Shown piece after piece: positions 61,633 to 64,000 of a stretch of DNA of 64,000 nucleotides. Position numbers and translations under genes: made by a program. The stretch's first letter is position 1, and each line of letters begins with the position of its first letter. The notes below the pieces were generated by a model. That model did not search any database. It was not told the origin of the DNA and saw only the letters and a list, made by a program, of their open reading frames with translations. This DNA is from Naegleria gruberi. Taxonomy: Eukaryota. The stretch is from assembly GCA_000004985.1 (NCBI GenBank), contig GG738856.1; one strand, 5' to 3'.

Positions 61633-62151
61633 TTAATTGTCATTTCTCAATTCATTTGATGCGTATTCCAGTGCCTCACCCTCTTGTTTGACAGCTTCCA
61701 GAACAATTTCATGATCATTTCTCAATTCATTCGATGCATATTGAAGTGTTGAACCATCTTGTTTGACAGCTTCCAAAACAACTTCCCTATCATTCTTCAA
61801 TTCATCAGATGCAAAGGTAAGCAAACAGCCGAGATTTCTAACTACTTCCTTGATGACTTGTTTGTCATTCTTGAATTCATCGGCTACACTCTCGAAATTG
61901 TGAGGGAATTTTTTGAAGTAATCCACTACGAAGGATCTATCGTGCATGAATTCGATTGGAAGAAATCTATCGTCCACTCTATCACGATTATTCATCCATT
62001 TGATCAAATCTTTTTGATAATTGTGGAACTTGTTTTGTAGATTTGAATAACATGTTCCAATTCCGAAATCTATTAACTCAATTATGACAGAACAAGTTTT
62101 GCAGTCATCATTGTGTTGTTGTTGGGACATTTTTTCGGATCTTAATTCCAA
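61633..62151 (-). CDS. DUF4116-repeat protein.
   Basis: Four tandem repeats of about 30 aa: 'ADEFKNDKQVIKEVVRNLGCLLTFASDELKNDREVVLEAVKQDGSTLQYASNELRNDHEIVLEAVKQEGEALEYASNELRNDN'. This is the DUF4116 consensus pattern 'vvlaAvkqnG.aLqyAs.elrnD'. Confidence 0.55.
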   Translation of the reverse strand: MELRSEKMSQQQHNDDCKTCSVIIELIDFGIGTCYSNLQNKFHNYQKDLIKWMNNRDRVDDRFLPIEFMHDRSFVVDYFKKFPHNFESVADEFKNDKQVIKEVVRNLGCLLTFASDELKNDREVVLEAVKQDGSTLQYASNELRNDHEIVLEAVKQEGEALEYASNELRNDN

Positions 62152-62455
62152 GTTTCGGCAGGATTACAAAACGAATGAGACCAATGGCCCAGTTCAATAA
62201 CAGGTTTGACAATTACATCCACCTTTTCTTGAATCCACCAGACAAGGGAATAATAAGTTAAATATTTAAAGTTGGTGCAATTCGAGATGCATTTCTCTAC
62301 ATCAAAAAATCCAACAGATCTGAAACACTACTCTCCAGCAACCATTTGATAATTCTCCAATCACTCAGGACTCATCTAAAGGAAGTTAATACCGATCAGG
62401 TTCCTTTAAATTTTCAAAGTTCAAACTAAACAATTCGAAACTTCACATAAAAAAA

Positions 62456-63007
62456 ATGCCTCATCACAATCCAAATAAATACATTAAATTCAACTCTCTA
62501 GCAGCCTGCATTCAGGACGACTATTATCCCATTGACGAAAGGGATGCCTATGAAGGATATGAGGACATTGATAGATTTCAGGTTTTTAAAAGAATAATTC
62601 CTTTCGCCTTGATTCTCTATTCAGAGGAGGAAAAGAAATTTATATTCCAGACAAATTTGAAAGATGTGTGTCCACAGAATACATCTCCAAAGTATTTACT
62701 TGTTCAACTTCAAGATTATTGCGATTTTAAACTTGCATTGATCAAGTTAGGTCAATTGGGGTTTTTTATGGATCGATCAAAGTTTATTATTTTGAAATAT
62801 GTTTCTGAGAGAAGTGAAATACGTAAGAAATTTTATTCTTACCGCTCTTCTTTGCTATCTATTCAGGAATATTCCAATTCTGGCATTGAGTTATATATTT
62901 CTGATTGTGAGAAAATTTCAAAAGTGAAAATTGACTTGTGTCAAGAAGATATTCTGAAAACAGAGATCAAATATAGCTATTGGAAAGGATCATCCTTAAT
63001 TCCTTAG
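62456..63007 (+). CDS. Hypothetical protein of 183 aa.
   Basis: A-rich start context (aaaaaaaATG). No recognisable domain. Confidence 0.35.
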   Translation: MPHHNPNKYIKFNSLAACIQDDYYPIDERDAYEGYEDIDRFQVFKRIIPFALILYSEEEKKFIFQTNLKDVCPQNTSPKYLLVQLQDYCDFKLALIKLGQLGFFMDRSKFIILKYVSERSEIRKKFYSYRSSLLSIQEYSNSGIELYISDCEKISKVKIDLCQEDILKTEIKYSYWKGSSLIP

Positions 63008-63254
63008 CCATTTCTCATTTGACCACTCTGTTTCATTTTCATCTCAAATTATTAGAAATGGCCAAAGAGAGAATATTTATTTAGATTTTGATATCTCTCT
63101 GTTTCATTACGAAAATGCTACTCAACATATTGAATTTATGTGTGAACACCATTTTGAAACCAAATATAGTTTACTAGTCAATCAGGAAAACAATGAAATA
63201 TTTATAATGAGCTTTCTTCATAATTTAGAATTTCACAAAATGGAATTTCACCAN

Positions 63255-63303
63255 NNNNNNNNNNNNNNNNNNNNNNNNNNNNNNNNNNNNNNNNNNNNNN
63301 NNN
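63255..63303. other. Assembly gap (N run). A second gap spans 63966-64000 and an isolated N sits at 58657.
   Basis: Literal n characters in the sequence. Confidence 0.99.
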
Positions 63304-63965
63304 TTTTCTCTGAGAGAATACAAATTGGACTGATTTCTCCTCTTTACTCTACCACAGGATTTCATATTCTAACGAACGATGAATAAACAACTGATTTTTA
63401 AGCTTTTTGATGGGCATTTTACAATTAATCTTATAGGCAAATCATAAAATCACAGCATTTATCTCACTTTATTAAGCAAAAATTCCAAAATTTCAAAATT
63501 GTGAATTTTCTTCTAGTTGTAAAAAATTGAGTCGTCTTTGCTTATTTACGCTTGTAAACATCAACTCTCTTATTGTGTTTTCTATTCTTTCTATTCTTTC
63601 TGTGTTTTCTACCATGTTTTCTATTCTTTCTATGCTTCTTTCCATAAGTGTCGATTCTTCTCTTCTTATTGAATCTTCTCTTCTTTCCATAGACGTCAAT
63701 CTTCTTTCTGATAATTCTCTTCTTACCATGTCTCTTCAAACCTCTTCTCTTTCTTCCGTAGGTATCCAAATATTTGTGAACTTTCTTATTGTTTCTTCTC
63801 TTCTTGTGGGAAACCTTCTTGAGTCTTCTTTGTTTGTTGTTCTTCTTGGCAATGTACAAGGACATGGTTTGTTCCTCTGCATTAACGTCAGAAGTCATGG
63901 AAAGAGCAAGAACTGCCAAAGTTAAGGCAATCAATAGAATTGAAATGAATCTTTTCATTTTGTTT
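63304..63965. repeat. Copy B of the duplicated block. It is bounded by N runs at 63255-63303 and 63966-64000.
   Basis: Same as copy A. Confidence 0.8.
63542..63958 (-). CDS. Secreted Lys/Arg-rich repeat protein, copy 2. The protein is identical to copy 1.
   Basis: The 138 aa product is identical to that of 58940..59356. It lies inside the duplicated block and is flanked by N runs. Confidence 0.5.
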   Translation of the reverse strand: MKRFISILLIALTLAVLALSMTSDVNAEEQTMSLYIAKKNNKQRRLKKVSHKKRRNNKKVHKYLDTYGRKRRGLKRHGKKRIIRKKIDVYGKKRRFNKKRRIDTYGKKHRKNRKHGRKHRKNRKNRKHNKRVDVYKRK

Positions 63966-64000
63966 NNNNNNNNNNNNNNNNNNNNNNNNNNNNNNNNNNN

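Noticed and set aside
58702-63965. Interpreting the 4.6 kb-spaced duplication as a larger tandem repeat unit of a gene cluster.
   Set aside because: The sequences upstream of each copy encode unrelated proteins (58014..58526 against 62456..63007). Only about 0.66 kb is shared. Both copies are gap-flanked, so a limited duplication or an assembly artefact is more likely than a multi-gene tandem array.
1-64000. Prokaryotic-style features: operons, CRISPR arrays, IS elements, Shine-Dalgarno sites and rho-independent terminators.
   Set aside because: The sequence is clearly eukaryotic. It has spliceosomal introns with GT-AG, ribosomal protein L9 (uL6), Rab-GGTase, NHL/EGF receptors and signal peptides. 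There are no direct-repeat/spacer arrays or transposase ORFs.
1-64000. Assignment to Dictyostelium discoideum, suggested by AT-richness, the Asn/AAT runs, the A-rich Kozak context and 5' short introns.
   Set aside because: Codon usage is much less A/T-biased than D. discoideum and the introns are not about 90% AT. RSP3-like and Dpy-30-tagged kinase genes imply a flagellated organism. The CMPK and other proteins do not match the dictyostelid sequences I recall.

Overview
This 64 kb window is gene-dense nuclear DNA from an AT-rich eukaryote, not a prokaryote. I find about 35 protein-coding genes, roughly one per 2 kb. Most have one to three short (40-150 bp) GT-AG introns clustered at the 5' end, A-rich 'AAAAATG' start contexts and a standard genetic code. 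The window ends in an assembly-gap-flanked near-identical duplication.

Codon usage (TTG, AAG, AGA, GGT and CCA are frequent) is less extreme than in Dictyostelium discoideum. A radial-spoke-protein-3-like gene and a nucleotide kinase with a Dpy-30 motif argue for a flagellated lineage; one guess is an intron-poor amoeboflagellate or heterolobosean. I cannot name the species.

Housekeeping genes recognised by motif: ornithine aminotransferase, a RhoGAP-PH protein, SUMO E1 subunit UBA2, UMP-CMP kinase, a USP7/47-family deubiquitinase, GPN-loop GTPase 2, anamorsin, ribosomal protein L9 (uL6), Nse4, Rab geranylgeranyltransferase alpha, a kelch protein and an ankyrin-BTB protein.

The notable content is a set of unusual signalling architectures:
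- a roughly 1800 aa Ser/Thr-kinase-NACHT-HEAT STAND protein;
- two receptors with paralogous NHL-propeller plus EGF ectodomains, one ending in a Ser/Thr kinase and the other in a GPS-7TM-RGS module;
- a two-TM sensor-HAMP-cyclase-homology receptor with a degenerate active site;
- a PPP-family pseudophosphatase lacking all metal ligands.

There is also a secreted vanadium-haloperoxidase/PAP2-like enzyme beside a paralogue of its own N-terminal domain, a small cluster of secreted Cys-rich and DPBB proteins, and a duplicated secreted ultra-basic repeat protein. Splice coordinates that I derived by hand may be off by 1-2 nt.
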